Of a stretch of DNA of 64,000 nt, positions 39,773 to 54,399 are shown piece by piece. This stretch comes from Malacoraja senta (lineage: Eukaryota). The notes below the pieces were generated by a model. That model was not told the origin of the DNA. It made no database searches and saw only the letters and a list, made by a program, of their open reading frames with translations. Location: positions 18,850,001 through 18,914,000 of the forward strand of contig CM075987.1 of the NCBI GenBank assembly GCA_038087875.1, read 5' to 3'. Every line of letters begins with the position of its first letter. Within the stretch, counting starts at the first letter, position 1. The position numbers and the translations under genes are program-made.

Positions 39773-42624
39773 ACCTCACATGTATTGAAGATCTCCGCCA
39801 CTGAAGATCAAGGCCCCCACCACTCGTTGAGGGAAATAATGTTCACCCGGTTTATTTATTCCACATTAAACATCGATATTAACATTAACAAGACTGTGTG
39901 ACTGGCGGATAGTTCACGATGAATCGATAAAATATGTGTCCTTGAACACGTATTGGATAAATTCAACGAGGATAGACACAAAATGTTGGATTAACTCAGC
40001 GGGACAGGCAGCATCTCTGGATAGAAGGAATGGGTCACATTTCGGGTCGAGACCCTTCTTCAGACCTGGATAAATTAATCCCATGTCTAAGTGTGACACT
40101 GTTTCTTCCTGCTGTACACACCTGCCGTTTACATAGTAAAGCACCTTGCTAGAGAGTCCCCCCCCCCCCCCGTCCCCCCCACGCTCTATTCCGAAGGCGA
40201 CCCGCTGACAATGGCCCCGGACGCTGGCGGCGGAAGAAATAAATAACCTGGGTGCCCTTGGAAATCATGGGAGTGATCCGGGCTCGATCATCAATAATGC
40301 AGGAAAATACTGGCGCCCGCTGAAATCCAATAATGTCATCGAGCCGAAGAGTAAAGTGATAACGGCGAAATAAACAGAACTAATGGGCAGTGACGGTCAG
40401 AAAGGGGAGAGGAGAGCAAACTAGAAACACGGGTTTACTTACATGTCACATCCGAGCTGTGTGCTCGAAATGTAAGAACACGAGTCGCATTAAAACTGCA
40501 AAGTTGGGGGTAGAAACGGTGTCAGCAACACACAAAAATACACACATAGACAAACGTATGGATAAAACACACACACAAACAACACAAATACACACACGGA
40601 TACATATAGACGAACATACATATATATATACGCACACACATGCACACGCACACGCACACAACACACACACTCTCATGCAGACGCGCACAATGAGCTGTTA
40701 ACGCAACAGGTCTTATACGGAGGGCAAATATAAATATGTTTCCACAAAGCACAAATAGAAGCAGATTACAGATCACTGGATTTTGGATGTTGGGTTCAGA
40801 AAAGTCTGGTCCCCCCGATGTTCTCTCTTTTCAGTTGGAGTCGTGGTCAGCGGACCAAGGGTTGAGAATGTTGCATTTTAACTCACAGATTACAGACGAA
40901 TTGTTCTCTGACGATTCCACGATACTTTAACTAAATCTCATTTATTGTTACCCGAATACAATTCCACGGTTTAACCCGTTATCCCACGGTGTGTTTGATC
41001 GGTTTCATCGCCCGGTTTGCGGTGAACGGGCGCCGGTGGCGGTCGAGGATGTAGCGACCGATAGTTCTAGATGTCCTTGTGTTTCCTCCGTTCTCGTCAG
41101 TAACGGGCGACTAGAGTCGATTTCGATCTACGCTATGCTCTGTGTGAAATGAAACGGTCCTCCTACCCATCCTGATACCCAACGCGTCGTTGTACCCACT
41201 CTTGAAACACCGATTCATTGGGACTTGCGCCCAAACCTTCTATAACAACATTGGTTCACCACTGAACATTGGCTGATGGTAACGAATGTTCACAAACGGA
41301 ACGCTTGCTGGTGAATATTTGCGTTTATACTAGTCAGCGAAATTTCTAATATAAAACTGGGTATGCGATTAATTTCACAATGCAATTGAACATAATTTTA
41401 AATGTAAAATGTCGACTCCCATTAACTAAATTATTGAGCAATGTATCCCTTACATTTATATCACGCCACTTAAAAAAAAATATACACTCGAAGACCCATC
41501 ACAAACTGAACTTTGCCCCAATGATGAACTGCAATATTATAATCACATTTTTTTCTTCAACATATGCGGTCTAGCTCAAAGTATCCGCTTGTTATTCTGG
41601 ATATAAACGGCTCGAGGAGCGTTGAGTTGGTGGGGGCAGAAGAGAAGACGAGGCATATGTCAGCCCCCAAAACATCAGTGTGCCCCTAATCCGCTGTCTG
41701 TTTTAACCATAATCCGAGGCATTACCGAGATAAGAACCAAGATTTAATGACAAAAGGAAAATAAATCGCCAGCCACAAAGATGAGCCTTGCAATCTGCAA
41801 TAATGTTAAATTAAAAAATCATATTGCTACGCTAATAACTAATTTGATGTTTTCATTTAAAAATATTACCATAATTATGCCCCAGACATATTGCCAGATT
41901 AAAATAAAACACACCAGCTTCTGTGTGGCTAAAGAAAATGTAATCACTACAATAAACCCCGAACATAAAGAGGAAGCGTCATCTACAATGCTCAGTAAAT
42001 TAATTCTAAAACAAAATTATTAGTATTATAGTTGGGTTGGCGGCCGCTCATGTTGTGGCCAACTGCGCCTGAGGCACTATTCCTAAAATGTCAAAGTAGC
42101 CGTGGATTTGTCACCCAATGAAGTTGCTCTCGCAATTTGTGCCTATCTTAAATAATTGAGAATGTATGACTTGTGTTCGAATACTGAATTGAAATACGTT
42201 TGAATCTAAATTCTGGTTTTGTCTGGCCCCTAATGTCGGAAAGTTTTCATCACACAGCGTCTAAAACTGGGAGTACAAGATGGGTCAATCTACATGGTTG
42301 GGAACAGTGCATGAGCAGTTCATCTAGCGATGCTGTGGGGGGGGGGGGGGGGGGGGGGTAGGTTGTCCGGGGTTGTGATAGGAGTTAAGACAAAATTACA
42401 ATCCCCGTATCCACTGTACAGTGTGATCTAGTAACTCGTTCTGATCGGCAGATCGTTGCTTAGTAAGGCCCCTATTTCTTTTGCTGAGTTTAGTGTTTTA
42501 TGATGATCTACCTATCTTGCTGTTCCTTGCGCCAAAAGCAAGGACTCGAATTTGCCCTGCCTTTCAGGTATGGTTATTTTCACCGCTTGGCCGTCCATTC
42601 GCTTGGTGAGGCTCACCAGCCGTG

Positions 42625-42815
<191 letters not shown>

Positions 42816-45800
42816 ATATCTACAGGACCGGTGTATTACTGGGTGGGCAACCAGGACACTGGTTCACACATGTACGTCACACATAAACGCACAAAATCGC
42901 CAATGTATAAACACGCACAAGCACATCCACCGAAACACACACACGAACAAAACATCCTTATATGCAAAACGCACAGAAATTCTAACATAAGCAAGAAATG
43001 CACGTGTCAAAATACTCATATACATATATGCAAATACAAACACGGAGCCCAGACATTAATTCGGAAATGTATACCGAGGCCAGCGCGCGCGCACACACGC
43101 AAATACATTTACATAAACACACTTTCACACACAAGCAAACACACGAACACACATTTTCAGACACACCGACACACCCGCGCAAGCACCCAAGTATATGCCG
43201 AATCATCTGCACGCATACAGGCATCTCGGTTTATAAACAGATATTCAGACACACAAGTACCCAGAGACCACAAGTAACCCAACCACTAAAGTTCATGGGA
43301 AGAAACGAAACCGCGTGATGCCATCTCCGCTGCAGTGCTTCCTGCGGTGGACTGGGCGGTTTGGGATAAGGCGCTGCGTTACCAGGTCAGCAGTAAATAC
43401 ACACGAGTACACAAGGAACTGTAGATGCTGGTGTACAAAATATAGCAAATAAACGAGTTTCTCGCCTTGTTTCCACATCCCCGTCTCCGACACCCGCCAA
43501 CTCTAATTCCCTAACCGCTTAAAAAATAACTAGGAAAAAAACACAATCTTCTTACATTTTTACGATATATGGGGCTACATTTGTATGTCAGAGTTTTAAT
43601 GTAATTTATAGTGAATGCTATGTCGCTGCCGTTTTTTTTTTAACGTTTAAGTCCTCTAAATATCATGAATCTTAAATGTTAACACGATGCACTTCGTCTA
43701 AATACACGCTCCAAAGAGGCGGATCATGGATACAGAGAAGGAAAGGTTGGGAGGCGTGGGAGGGGTGGGAGGGGGGGGGGGGGGTTGAGCATTGAACTGA
43801 GAAATTGATGATTTATATAACTCTAAAAGTTTTCTCCAACCATTTGGCGCTTCTAACCAAATCGACCTTTAAAAAATGAGATGATTCTATCATCACAATG
43901 TATGTAAACGCATAGCCATTATCGATGTATGTATGTATGTGCAACGTGTAAGTTTACTATCAGTCCTAATTATAAATGTTTGTAATTAAATAAACCCGTG
44001 TGCTTACATCTTTCCCTATTTATGTGGTTTGGGAAGTCTGAACTATCCACAGACGCAATGCTTGAGAATGTTGACCAATTGCCGAGACTGTATCTTCCTC
44101 CGTGTATAGTTCAGTTTCACATGCAGGTGTAACTAAATAATGACCGCAAACTCAATGCGTTTCCAGAATCATATTCTTATTTTTTTATTCTTCACAGTTC
44201 TGTTTCATGCGATGGTTTAATTGTCTATTCATTCAAAGCTACATGATCATATACCGAGTCTGCCATTGGCCAGACTCGTTCTGCTCAGGGGGGGAATTCT
44301 CATATTTTTCTCCCTCACCTACGCTCGAGGAAACGAGAAGTGTCCATGGCGTTTGTTTCGCGGGTACTGAGCTGGGCGGAAACCTTTGATTTAGTCTGTA
44401 GAAGGGTCTCGACCCGAAACGTCGCCTATACCTTCGCTCCATAGATGCTGCCTCGCCCGCTGAGTTTCTCCAGCATTTTTGTCTACCTTTGAATTATATA
44501 ACCATTGTTTCAAATATTTGTATGGGAAGCTGAAAACACTAACTTTATTGGATCTCCTCTCGATATTTGAACGAGCATCTCTCCAGTGTTAATGGTCCAC
44601 ACGGTACTGATAGCTTGATGTGTTTGGATAATTATACAATCATTCTACCTTTTATAGCACTGGTGTGATAAATGCACGATCTGCCTTATCTGCGTGTCAG
44701 ACAAGATGTCAGTGTCATCTTTGCATAACTCACGCTACATGAGCCTAGGTTTAGGTTTATTATTGCCTTGTGTACCGAGGTACTGTGAAAAGCTTTGTAT
44801 TGCATGCTATCCAAATCAAACCAGATAATATTATTTAGATAAATACGTCCAAGTTAAACTGAAGTACAAAAGGTGCAAGATACAGAATGCAGAATATTAT
44901 TCTCAGCATTCAATGTAGCGCACCATTTCCACAGACTAAGTCCAATGTCCGTATTGGGGTAGAGGTGAATCGGACAGTACTCTAGCTTATGGCAAGAATT
45001 GGAAGATATGTTTGAGGTAACTGCGTCTGTTGTCCCTCTTAAATATATCGATCAAATAACAAACTAATGCAGGGAGTATGTATGACGAAGGACACTCAGG
45101 CGGAGGGAAGAAAAAGAGTCACCTGTGTGGCAAAGCAACAGCAAAGCTTCAATTCCATTCCGCACCTCGTTAGTGTTCTATACTCGCCCACCTATTGTCC
45201 CCCGTGTCATGTTATCCTTCGGAACAACACATACATGCTCGGACTAAAGACTCCACTCAGAGACCCGGTCTCAAAAGCTTCCCGCAGTTTTTGACCGATA
45301 ACACAGTGGCGCTTCCTTCAGAAACCTGCAGGTTTGGCAGAAATTCACCCCAGACTCCCCGTCGTTAAAGCCACAATGTTTTCATTACCAAAAAAAAACA
45401 CGGGCTTTATTCAGAAACAAATATAAAATGCGGTTGTGTTTTGTAAAAGTAAAACGTGTTAAAAAAAAAAAAACCCTCAAGGATCTCATGTTTACATTCG
45501 AAGTTGCCGGCGCTCAATAAAATCTTAAGTAACCCCCTGATAAATTTTATTGACACTGATCTTTAAAGCCGAGCGGAGCCTTGGGAAATCAAATGCAGCG
45601 CTACTGATGTATCTTCTGATGAATTCAAAATCAATGGCCCATTTGTTTGGCTTCTTGGAGTATATCAAACACACTTTGGTGAAAGGTGTGCCGAGCTGCA
45701 ATGATTATTTCCAACTTTGTAACGCTCCAATAAATATTTTTACGCCCTATTGATCGCTAGCATAAAGGGGTGGTGGCGATGGGGATAAAACTTGGCGTGA

Positions 45801-45955
45801 GAGTAATGTCTTGAACGAGGCATAACCCCGATCCGCCGGGTTTCAACCATGAAGGGATGGAGTAGAAGAGAAGGACGCGTAAAGTTGATCGGCTGCGTGT
45901 TTAGGAAGTCTAAATCCAACGACTATCGGCTTCTAGGGGTTTATATTAATCTCGA

Positions 45956-45957
<2 letters not shown>

Positions 45958-46024
<67 letters not shown>

Positions 46025-46086
46025 GCACACACACACGCAAACACACACACACACACACAGACACACACACACGCACACACACATGC

Positions 46087-46119
<33 letters not shown>

Positions 46120-46520
46120 TGCACACACAAACACGCACACACACGCACACACACACACGCACACACACGCGCACACACACACACACGCACACACATGCAC
46201 ACACACACAAACACACACACACAAACACACACACACATGCACAAGCACACACATGCACACATGCACACACACACATGCACAAGCACACACACACACACAT
46301 ACACATGCACACACATACACATGCACACGCACACACACGCACGCACACACACATGCACACACACACACATGCACACACATACACATGCACAAGCACACAC
46401 ACACACATGCACACACACGCACACACACATGCACACACACACATGCACACACACACATGCACACACACACACACATGCGCACACACACACACACACATGC
46501 ACACGCACACACAAGCACAG
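45958..46520. repeat. Compound (CA)n / (CACACATGCA)-like microsatellite
   Basis: Visible directly. Confidence 0.97.
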
Positions 46521-49147
46521 ACCGGCGCAACTGTGCTATAAAGATAATGGGAGAATAAAGCAAAATAAAACTACAGATAATGAAAATCCAAAATAGTGAA
46601 AAATAAAACAAATTCCACAAAAAAAACCCAGTCAGCATCCATGGGGAGAATATCGTCAAAACCCTCGATGAAATGCCACCGGCTACAACAGCAATTTTTC
46701 TCCGGTTGCTGCCCGAACTGCTGAAAATCTCCAGCATGTTCTGCTTTTATCTCCGTGTTCTAACAGGACAAACGGCTCGGTTCGTTTAACGTCTGACTTT
46801 GAACCCCGGTAACTCGTTTGGAGCCGAGGCAAATTCCAAATTCAAGAATGGGACATTTCACAAACAAGATTGTTCCATCTTATCCTGGGTGCAGAACGCA
46901 TCAAAACTCTCACTTGATTTTTAAGATATAACATTGAATATAATTTCAAATCGCCCAAATCAGAAGCACGAAAATCTGACTAGTGAAAGGATGAAATTAT
47001 TTTTTCATGAGGGAGTATATTGTTCCCTCGGTACAGTTTGAATCTCAACAAGATTAACCAGCCACACCACCGTTTGAAATGTTGGTTTGGACTGCTAAGT
47101 GTAAGAATCGTCACAGTATTGTTCTGTAATTCTCACCCATATATACACCACATATTCTACTGGTTGTGCAAATCACTAAATATCAAGCAATCTAAATTGA
47201 CATCATGGGCTGCATGGACATCGTGGCCTGAAGGGCCTATTTCTGATCTATGTTCTATGCTCAGTGCTGGAGTAACTCGGTCGGTCGGGCCATGGATCGG
47301 CGACGTTTTTGGACACGACCTTTCTTCAGATTCAAAACGTCACCTATTCATGTCCTCCCCCAGATGCTGCCTGTTCTGCTGAGTTACTCCAGCACTTTGT
47401 GTGTGTTTCTGGTTTGTAAACAGGCATCTGCAGTTCCTTGTGTCTCAGAATACCAGCGATAACTTCCTCCTAAATAAATAAAACTGCAGCGAGGGAACGG
47501 TGGAGGAGACGCGATGTAAAAATAAAAGCTGTAAGGGACCGGGAGAGAAGTTACAGACTCAACAACAAAAAAATCGGTGGTCTGGGTTACCTGTAAAAAA
47601 CGTTTACATAATGTTAGGAACCATACGATTAAACACGGCGAAGGCGGTGAGGACGATTCCGTCTGCCTGCGGGTAAAGGAATGATTTCCGATCGAGCAAT
47701 TTCTGAAAACGACCCTATTTTGTTTCTCCTCAACTTGAGTTCCACATTGGACACCAATGACCGCTGCCACCCACTACCCACAAAAAAAACCAATCATATT
47801 CCCGGAGGTAGACAAAAGTGCTGGAGAAACTCAGAGGGTGAGGCAGCATCTATGGAGCGAAGGAAATAGGCAACGTATCGGGCCGAAACCAAGGGATTTC
47901 CTTCGCTCCATAGATGCTGCCTCACTCGCTGAGTTTCTCCAGCATTTTTGTCTACCTTCGATTTTCCAGCATCTGCAGTTCCTTCTTAAACATCATATTC
48001 CCGGACACGGGTCTCGGGTCTTCACTGGGCCAAGTCAGGAGAGAATTTGGGAACACGCTCTAAAGTCCTAATTACACTTCCGCCCATTCCCAGCCAACCC
48101 ACTCCTCCCACACACGCGGAACACAGGCGGTTGTAGAGATGGTTTATAATTGAATGGGACGGGCTGTAGCGTCTGTGGGAGGCTGGAAACTCTGGACACC
48201 AGCAGATATCTGTGGCATGAAACCTCACCTGACAGGGGCTAGGATACCTCACCTCAACTCCATTCATACCCATGGGTTTCGGGGTAAGCAGTGGGGTGGG
48301 AGTGAGGAGGAGGGGGGTGGGGGGTGGCACGAAACTGGTGAATCGTGCTGTTCGAGGTTACAGATGCACCCGCTGAGTTTCTCCAGCATTTTTGTGTACC
48401 TACAGAATACTACTGCTGTCTCTCCCAACGGCGAACAATGAATGATGCCCCAGTATTGACAGGCCAGACCAGACACGCGCTCTACATCTGTTGATAGAAT
48501 TTCCTAACAATGAGCCTCATTGCATATTCATAACGTGTACCGCTTGCCAGCGAGCAGAGGGTGGTTAAAGTTACAATTTATCTTTCAAAAATAAAATGGT
48601 TAATACAATCCACTCCTTTTGCATTGCTTCAAGACCTTAAGAATGTCGCTCGAAAACAGCCCAAGTGTTGATTCGTACAAAATTTGCAGCATATTAAATA
48701 GCCTCTCACATTACATTATTCGTTACATATTCATTATAAGTATTAACTGGCACGGCAGAAGGTTTTAATATTGGCTTGTTAAATCATAATGGGATTCGGA
48801 CGTTGCATGCAAGACTGTCAAACTGTTGCAAATGCATTTAAAATGCTTCCTTGTTCACTTTGTCTTAAATATCTTAAACTTTTGACTTAAATATCAGTGG
48901 GGCGTGTTTTGTCATTTTAGCCCAGGGCCGTTGGAACCGGCGGCTCAAACGAAGCAACCGCCGAATTATTTGTCGTCTTGAGAAAGGATGCGCGGGTTTA
49001 TGTGAAGGTGTGTGCGGTGGCAGGGAGGACCCTGTTCCCTTTTTTTTTTAATTTCACAGAGGGAGCCGTGTAATTTACCCGCTGTCTGAAATGCACATTT
49101 TAATATCATTAAATTCAAACTGAGATAGCAATTGGAATATCGCTTAC

Positions 49148-49220
49148 CTGCACTGCCGTTTAACCGCGGACGATCTGTCGATTTTGTGCAGCTTGTGGGT
49201 CCAGGGTGCTCCAGCAGCAT
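49148..49220 (-). CDS. lhx3: LHX3 exon 1a, coding part (MLLEHPGPTSCTKSTDRPRLNGSA + 1 nt)
   Basis: The MLLEHPG start resembles fish Lhx3a N-termini. The donor is GCAG|GTAAGC, phase 1; G plus the exon-2 AT gives GAT (Asp), in frame. An additional in-frame ATG lies at 49253. Confidence 0.85.
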
Positions 49221-49700
49221 TTTATTTCGAGTTTCGACGGAAATTTTCTTCATAAATAATATCTTAAGTGTATAACTGGGAGAAGGCAGGTTGGAGTGTG
49301 TAAATCCCTCCTGGGTAACCGCGGCAGGGAGTCGCAGCCGAAGCTACTGGTGTCTGTGAGAGAACGAATGTGGATTCCTATGATCAGCTGACCCCGCAAA
49401 TCGCCTCTGGGAGGTTCACTCTTTAGCATAACAAATGCCGCTGCAAATTGTGCTCTCCTCTGGCTGACAGGAAGGATGGGGGGGGGGGGGGGGGGGGTGG
49501 TCGCAGTGACTGGTGTGTTCACCCGTGTCGCCAAATACATAGCCAGGCACGTGTCGCTGTGTTTTTACACAATGGGACGGTGCAGAGAGACAGCCTCCTT
49601 TCGCGTTGTCTTTATTCCAACACAATGCCGTTCCTCTCATGAAATTATCCTCCGCAACAATACGTTGAAGACTTGATTATTAAAGAAATATAATTCACAT
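49221..49700 (-). promoter_or_regulatory. Probable LHX3a 5'UTR and proximal promoter
   Basis: Unique, CpG-containing sequence directly upstream of exon 1a, with a long G/C run at about 49478-49497. The TSS cannot be determined from sequence. Confidence 0.5.
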
Positions 49701-51359
49701 TTTTATCCTTGGATACTGGTATCTGCATCCGTGTAATAACTCTCTCCTCACGGCACTGAAGGGGTACCGATATTTACACTGAGATACAAGATACTGCTGG
49801 AATCTTGAGCAAAACACAAAGTGCTGAGTTACTCTAGCAATTGTGATATTTATACACAAAATAATACATAGAAACATATACTGACATACACATAAATACA
49901 CATACACAGACACGGAGATGACAATATTTAAACAGCTCGCAAATATATTTGACCCGCTTCATTCAAACAATGGTTTAAACACCTGTTTTCGCAGGGAAAT
50001 TCTAAGGTACAGATAAAATTGTCTTTTTTTTACAAAACATGTTTGATTATTCAAGAGCAATAACGGGAGTTTATAAAGTATCGACAACTGAGAAAATGTC
50101 TCGCTGCACTTAACAGAATCGTATATTTGATAAATGATAACTGGGCGCCAGCCTCGAGAATTGGGTTGAATTTATTTTTAGAATAAAGTTTCTAGTTCTT
50201 AAACTGTGGGACGACTGTAGGCTCTGTTGTCGTTTTAATGTAGCGATTAAAATAAAATTCCAAATAAGTTTAAACTTTCAAATGGATTTTAGACAAGTAT
50301 ATGACGAGCAAGAATTGTAAGACAGTGCACATTGGAACTAAAGACTAGAGTTCATCAAATACGCAGCTGGTCGATCAGTCGCTGGGTGGGTGGGATTAAT
50401 GGTGTTCGACACTTTTCTCAGAACGGGACGGTAAGCAAACTGAACACGACAAATTTTATGTTGGGACATAAATGTGTTCGCACTGTGTATGTACATAGAC
50501 TAAGTGCCCTCGGGTTTCAGATGCTGGTTCGGTTGAAACAAATGGCGTTCGTTGGTACACGCTGTTACCGTCTCCGCCGTTAAACATCCCAATCTCCCTG
50601 ATCGCAAACAATATCTGATATCTGAACTAAATCACGAAAAGCTCGCCAAGCAATAAAGCACAAAATTAACAAATGAGGATACAGAGTGCTGGAGTAACGT
50701 AGCGAGTCAGGCAGGACCTCTGGAGAACATGGACAGGTGACGTTTCGGATCGGGAGTTCTTCAGACTGATTCAGACAATCAATCTCAAAAAGGGTCGCGA
50801 CCCGAAGCGTCACGTGTCCACCAATGCTGCCCGACTCGCTGAGTTACTTCAGCACCTTGTGTCATCACTTGTTAGCTGTTAGTTTTGTTCCCCTGTAGGA
50901 TGGACGCAATTAAACTTCCAACGCTGAAATAATGCTCGTTAGACACATCATCAAATGTATAGTTAAAGGTAGACAAACAGTGTGGCTCTTCGGGTGGTTG
51001 TGAGGGGGAAGAGGCCGGAGCCCAGAATTACCAATTCCTCTGTCTGATATTTCTATCTTCCTACTGCCATCGACATAATTAAATGTCAAGAGTTGGCCAT
51101 TTTTCGTTTAAATGCGAAGTGCAAACATGCTTTTAAAGCGATGCAAAAATTCCCTCACTTTAAATATAGTCTTTCCATACATTTGTGAGCGGGGTGGGGG
51201 GAGGGTGTTATTACTGAACCAATCCACATATATTCGAGGGACCATCTGTTTATTGCGGGCGTGTCAGTGAAGGCCAGCCAGTCGTGTTATGTGGTCAACC
51301 ATTTCACTTCCTTTCATAGAAACATTAATACAGCCAGTTTGACATTAAGGTAACCAGTA

Positions 51360-51920
51360 ACAATAGACAATAGACAATAGGTGCAGGAGTAGGCCATTCG
51401 GCCCTTCGAGCCAGCACCGCCATTCAATGTGATCATGGCTGATCATCCCCAATCAGTACCCCGTTCCTGCCTTCTCCACATATCCCCTGACTCCGCTATC
51501 CTTAAGAGCCCTATCTAGCTCTCTCTTGAAAGTATCCAGAGAACCGGCCTCCACCGCCCTCTGAGGCAGAGAATTCCACAGACTCACAACTCTCTGTGTG
51601 AAAAAAGTGTTTCCTCATCTCCGTTCTGAATGGCCTACCCCTTATTCTTACACAATGGCCCCTGGTTCTGGACTCCCCCAACATCGGGAACATGTCTCCT
51701 GCCTCTAGGGTGCCCAAACCCTTAATAATCTGATATGTTTCAATAAGATCACCTCTCATCCTTCTAAACACCAGAGTATACAAGCCCAGCCGCTCCATTC
51801 TCTCAGCATATGACAGTCCCGCAAATCCCGCGAATTAACCTTGTAAACCTACGCTGCACTCCCTCAATAGCAATAATGTCCTTCCTCAAATTAGCGGACC
51901 AAAACTGCACACAATACTCA
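51360..51920 (-). mobile_element. CR1-type LINE 3' fragment
   Basis: ERLGLYTLVFRRMRGDLIETY...RTRGH with a caatagac repeat tail. Very similar to the copy at ~26.4-26.85 kb. Confidence 0.9.
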
Positions 51921-52547
51921 TTTGCAAATTAAATATATTTAAAGGCAATTTGGTTTAAACGTTGTCGGGTTCGTGGTACAGGTATGACAAGAAATGGGTG
52001 GCTTTGCACACGAGAGCGATGTGTTTAAGGTGCTGCGAAGTCAGGCCAACACCAGCCTCACATGCCATAAAGTGAAGCACTGTTAACCTGTAATCCAGTA
52101 TCTAATGTTCCTTGTTTCTATACCGACGTCAATACAAGTTATCCCAGCAGATTATCAAAGGAATGTAGCTCCAAACGTTGTTATTCCCGCAATATTCCAT
52201 CCAAAAAAATGAGGCGAGTCATAGTCATGGAGCTGAACAGCGCGAAAGTAGGCCTTTTTGCCCACCCTGTCCACCCGGACCCAAGTTTACATATTAGCCT
52301 GCATTTAGCCATTTCACGCTAAACCCATCCTATTCATAAACTGTATCTGTCCAAATGTCGCAATTGTTTCCTCTACTACAGCTTCCTCTTGTAACTCATT
52401 CCAGATACGGACTACCCACTGTGTGAAAAAAGTTGACTCTGAGGTCCTACGCATCGCAATTAATAATTAATATAATAATTAATAATTTTAATCGCAATTA
52501 AAAGTAATCTTCGTGTTTCGCTCCTCAATCGACGCACGGTCTGCCCT

Positions 52548-54070
52548 ATAGAGTCATAGAATGATACAGTTTGGAAACAGGCCATTCGGCCCAACTCGCC
52601 CACACCAGCCAACAACGTCCCTCTTGCCTGCGCTTGGTCCTTATCCCTCCAAACCTGTCCTATCCATGTACATGTCTAACTGTTTCTTAAACGACGGGAT
52701 AGTCCCAGCCTCAACTACTTCCTCTGGCAGCTTGTTCCATACACCTACCACCTTTTGTGTGAAAAAGTTACCCCTCGGATTCCTTTTAAATCTTTTCCCA
52801 TTCACCTTAAACCTATGTCCTCTGGTCCTCGATTCCTCTACTCTGGGCAAAGGCTCTGTGCATCTACCCGATCTATTCCTCTCATGATTTTGTATACCTC
52901 TATAAGATCTTCCCTCATCCTCCTGCACTCCATGGAATAGAGACCCAGCCTACACAACCTCTCCCTTTAGCTCACACCCTCTTGTCCTGGCAACATCCTC
53001 ATAAATCTTTTCTGAACCCTTTCAAGCTTGACAATATCTTTCCCATAACATGGTGCCCAGAACTGAACACAATATTCTAAATGCGGTCTCACCAACGTCT
53101 TATTCAACTGCAACATGACTTCACAACCTCTATAATCAATACTCTGACTGATGAAGACCAATGTGCCAAAAGCCTTTTTGACCACCTTATCTACCTGCAA
53201 CTCGACCTTCAAGAAACCATGCACCTGTACTCCTAGATCTCTCCACTCTACAACACTACCCAGAGGCCTATCATTTACTGTGTAGGTCCTGTCCTTGTTC
53301 GATGTCCCAAAATGCAACACCCCACACTTCTCTGTATTAAATTCCATCAACCATTCCTCCGCCCACCTGGCCAATCGATCCAGATCCTGCTGTAATCGTT
53401 CACAACCATCTTCACTATCTGCAAAACCACTAACTTTTGTATCATCAGCAAAATTGCTAATCTTTCCTTGTATGTTCTCATCCAAATCATTGATGTAGTT
53501 GACGAACAGTAACGGGCCCAGCATCGATCCCTGAGGCACACCTTAGTCACAGGCATCCAGTCTGAGAAGCAACCTTCCACCATTACCCTCTGCTTCTTTC
53601 CGTGGAGCCAATTTACTATCCATTCAGCTATCTCTCCTTGGATCCCATGCGATCTAACCTTCCAGAGCAGCCTATCATGCAGAACCTTGTCGAACGCCTT
53701 ACTGAAGTCCATGTACACAACATATACAGCTCTGCTTTTATCAACCTTTTTGGTCTTCAAAAAAATCAGTCAGATTTGTGAGTCACGACCTCCCACGTAG
53801 AAAACCATGCTGACCATCCCTAATCAGTCCTTGTCCATCCAAATGCCTGTATAACCTATCGCTCAGAATACTCTCTAGTACCTGTCCAACTACAGATGTT
53901 AACCTCACTGGCCTGTAGTTCCCAGCATTTTCCCTGCAGCCCTTCTTGAAAAGAGGTACATTTGCCACCCTCCAGTCTTCCGGCACCTCTCCTCTATTTA
54001 AGGACGACTCGTAAATTTCAACCTGGACTCCCGCAATTCCCTCTCTAGTTTTCCACAATGTCCTCGGATA
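52548..54070 (-). mobile_element. CR1-type LINE, 5'-truncated, frameshifted RT fragment with 3' tail
   Basis: ORFs contain PQGSMLGPLLF, FADDTK, YMDFSKAFDKV, LVRPHLEYCVQFW and RTRGH. Confidence 0.92.
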
Positions 54071-54399
54071 TCAGACCAGGCAGCTTTATACTCCCAGCTT
54101 TATGTTGTTGTTTTAATTCACAAAGACAGCAGAGGAACGGATCTATTTATCGCGACCATGTCATTCATTTCAATGCGAGCATGGAAACAGATCGCAAAGT
54201 TTCCTCAATTATTAATGCAGGACTCCTTAAAATTTCATTCGACGCAAGCTAGGTTTTGAGCTAACATTAATAATAATTTAAAACCAACCACTACAAAAAT
54301 ACACACACCTTACGTTGTCGACAAATGCACAGCAAGCACGAATGATGACGAAATGCGTTGAAAATACGGTGCAAAAAAACCCTATCTTCTGGAGGAGAC

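Noticed and set aside
40435..40492. Strong minus-strand donor CAT|GTAAGT in intron 1
   Set aside because: The nearby ATG frame hits TGA before the donor. Nothing else supports a coding exon, although a non-coding exon cannot be excluded.
45849..46737. His/Thr-rich and Cys/Val-rich ORFs (also at 34.5-34.9 kb and 42.5-43.3 kb)
   Set aside because: They are (CA)n microsatellite translations.
52548..54070. Reverse transcriptase ORFs as a possible novel RT system
   Set aside because: These are ordinary 5'-truncated, frameshifted CR1 LINE copies.
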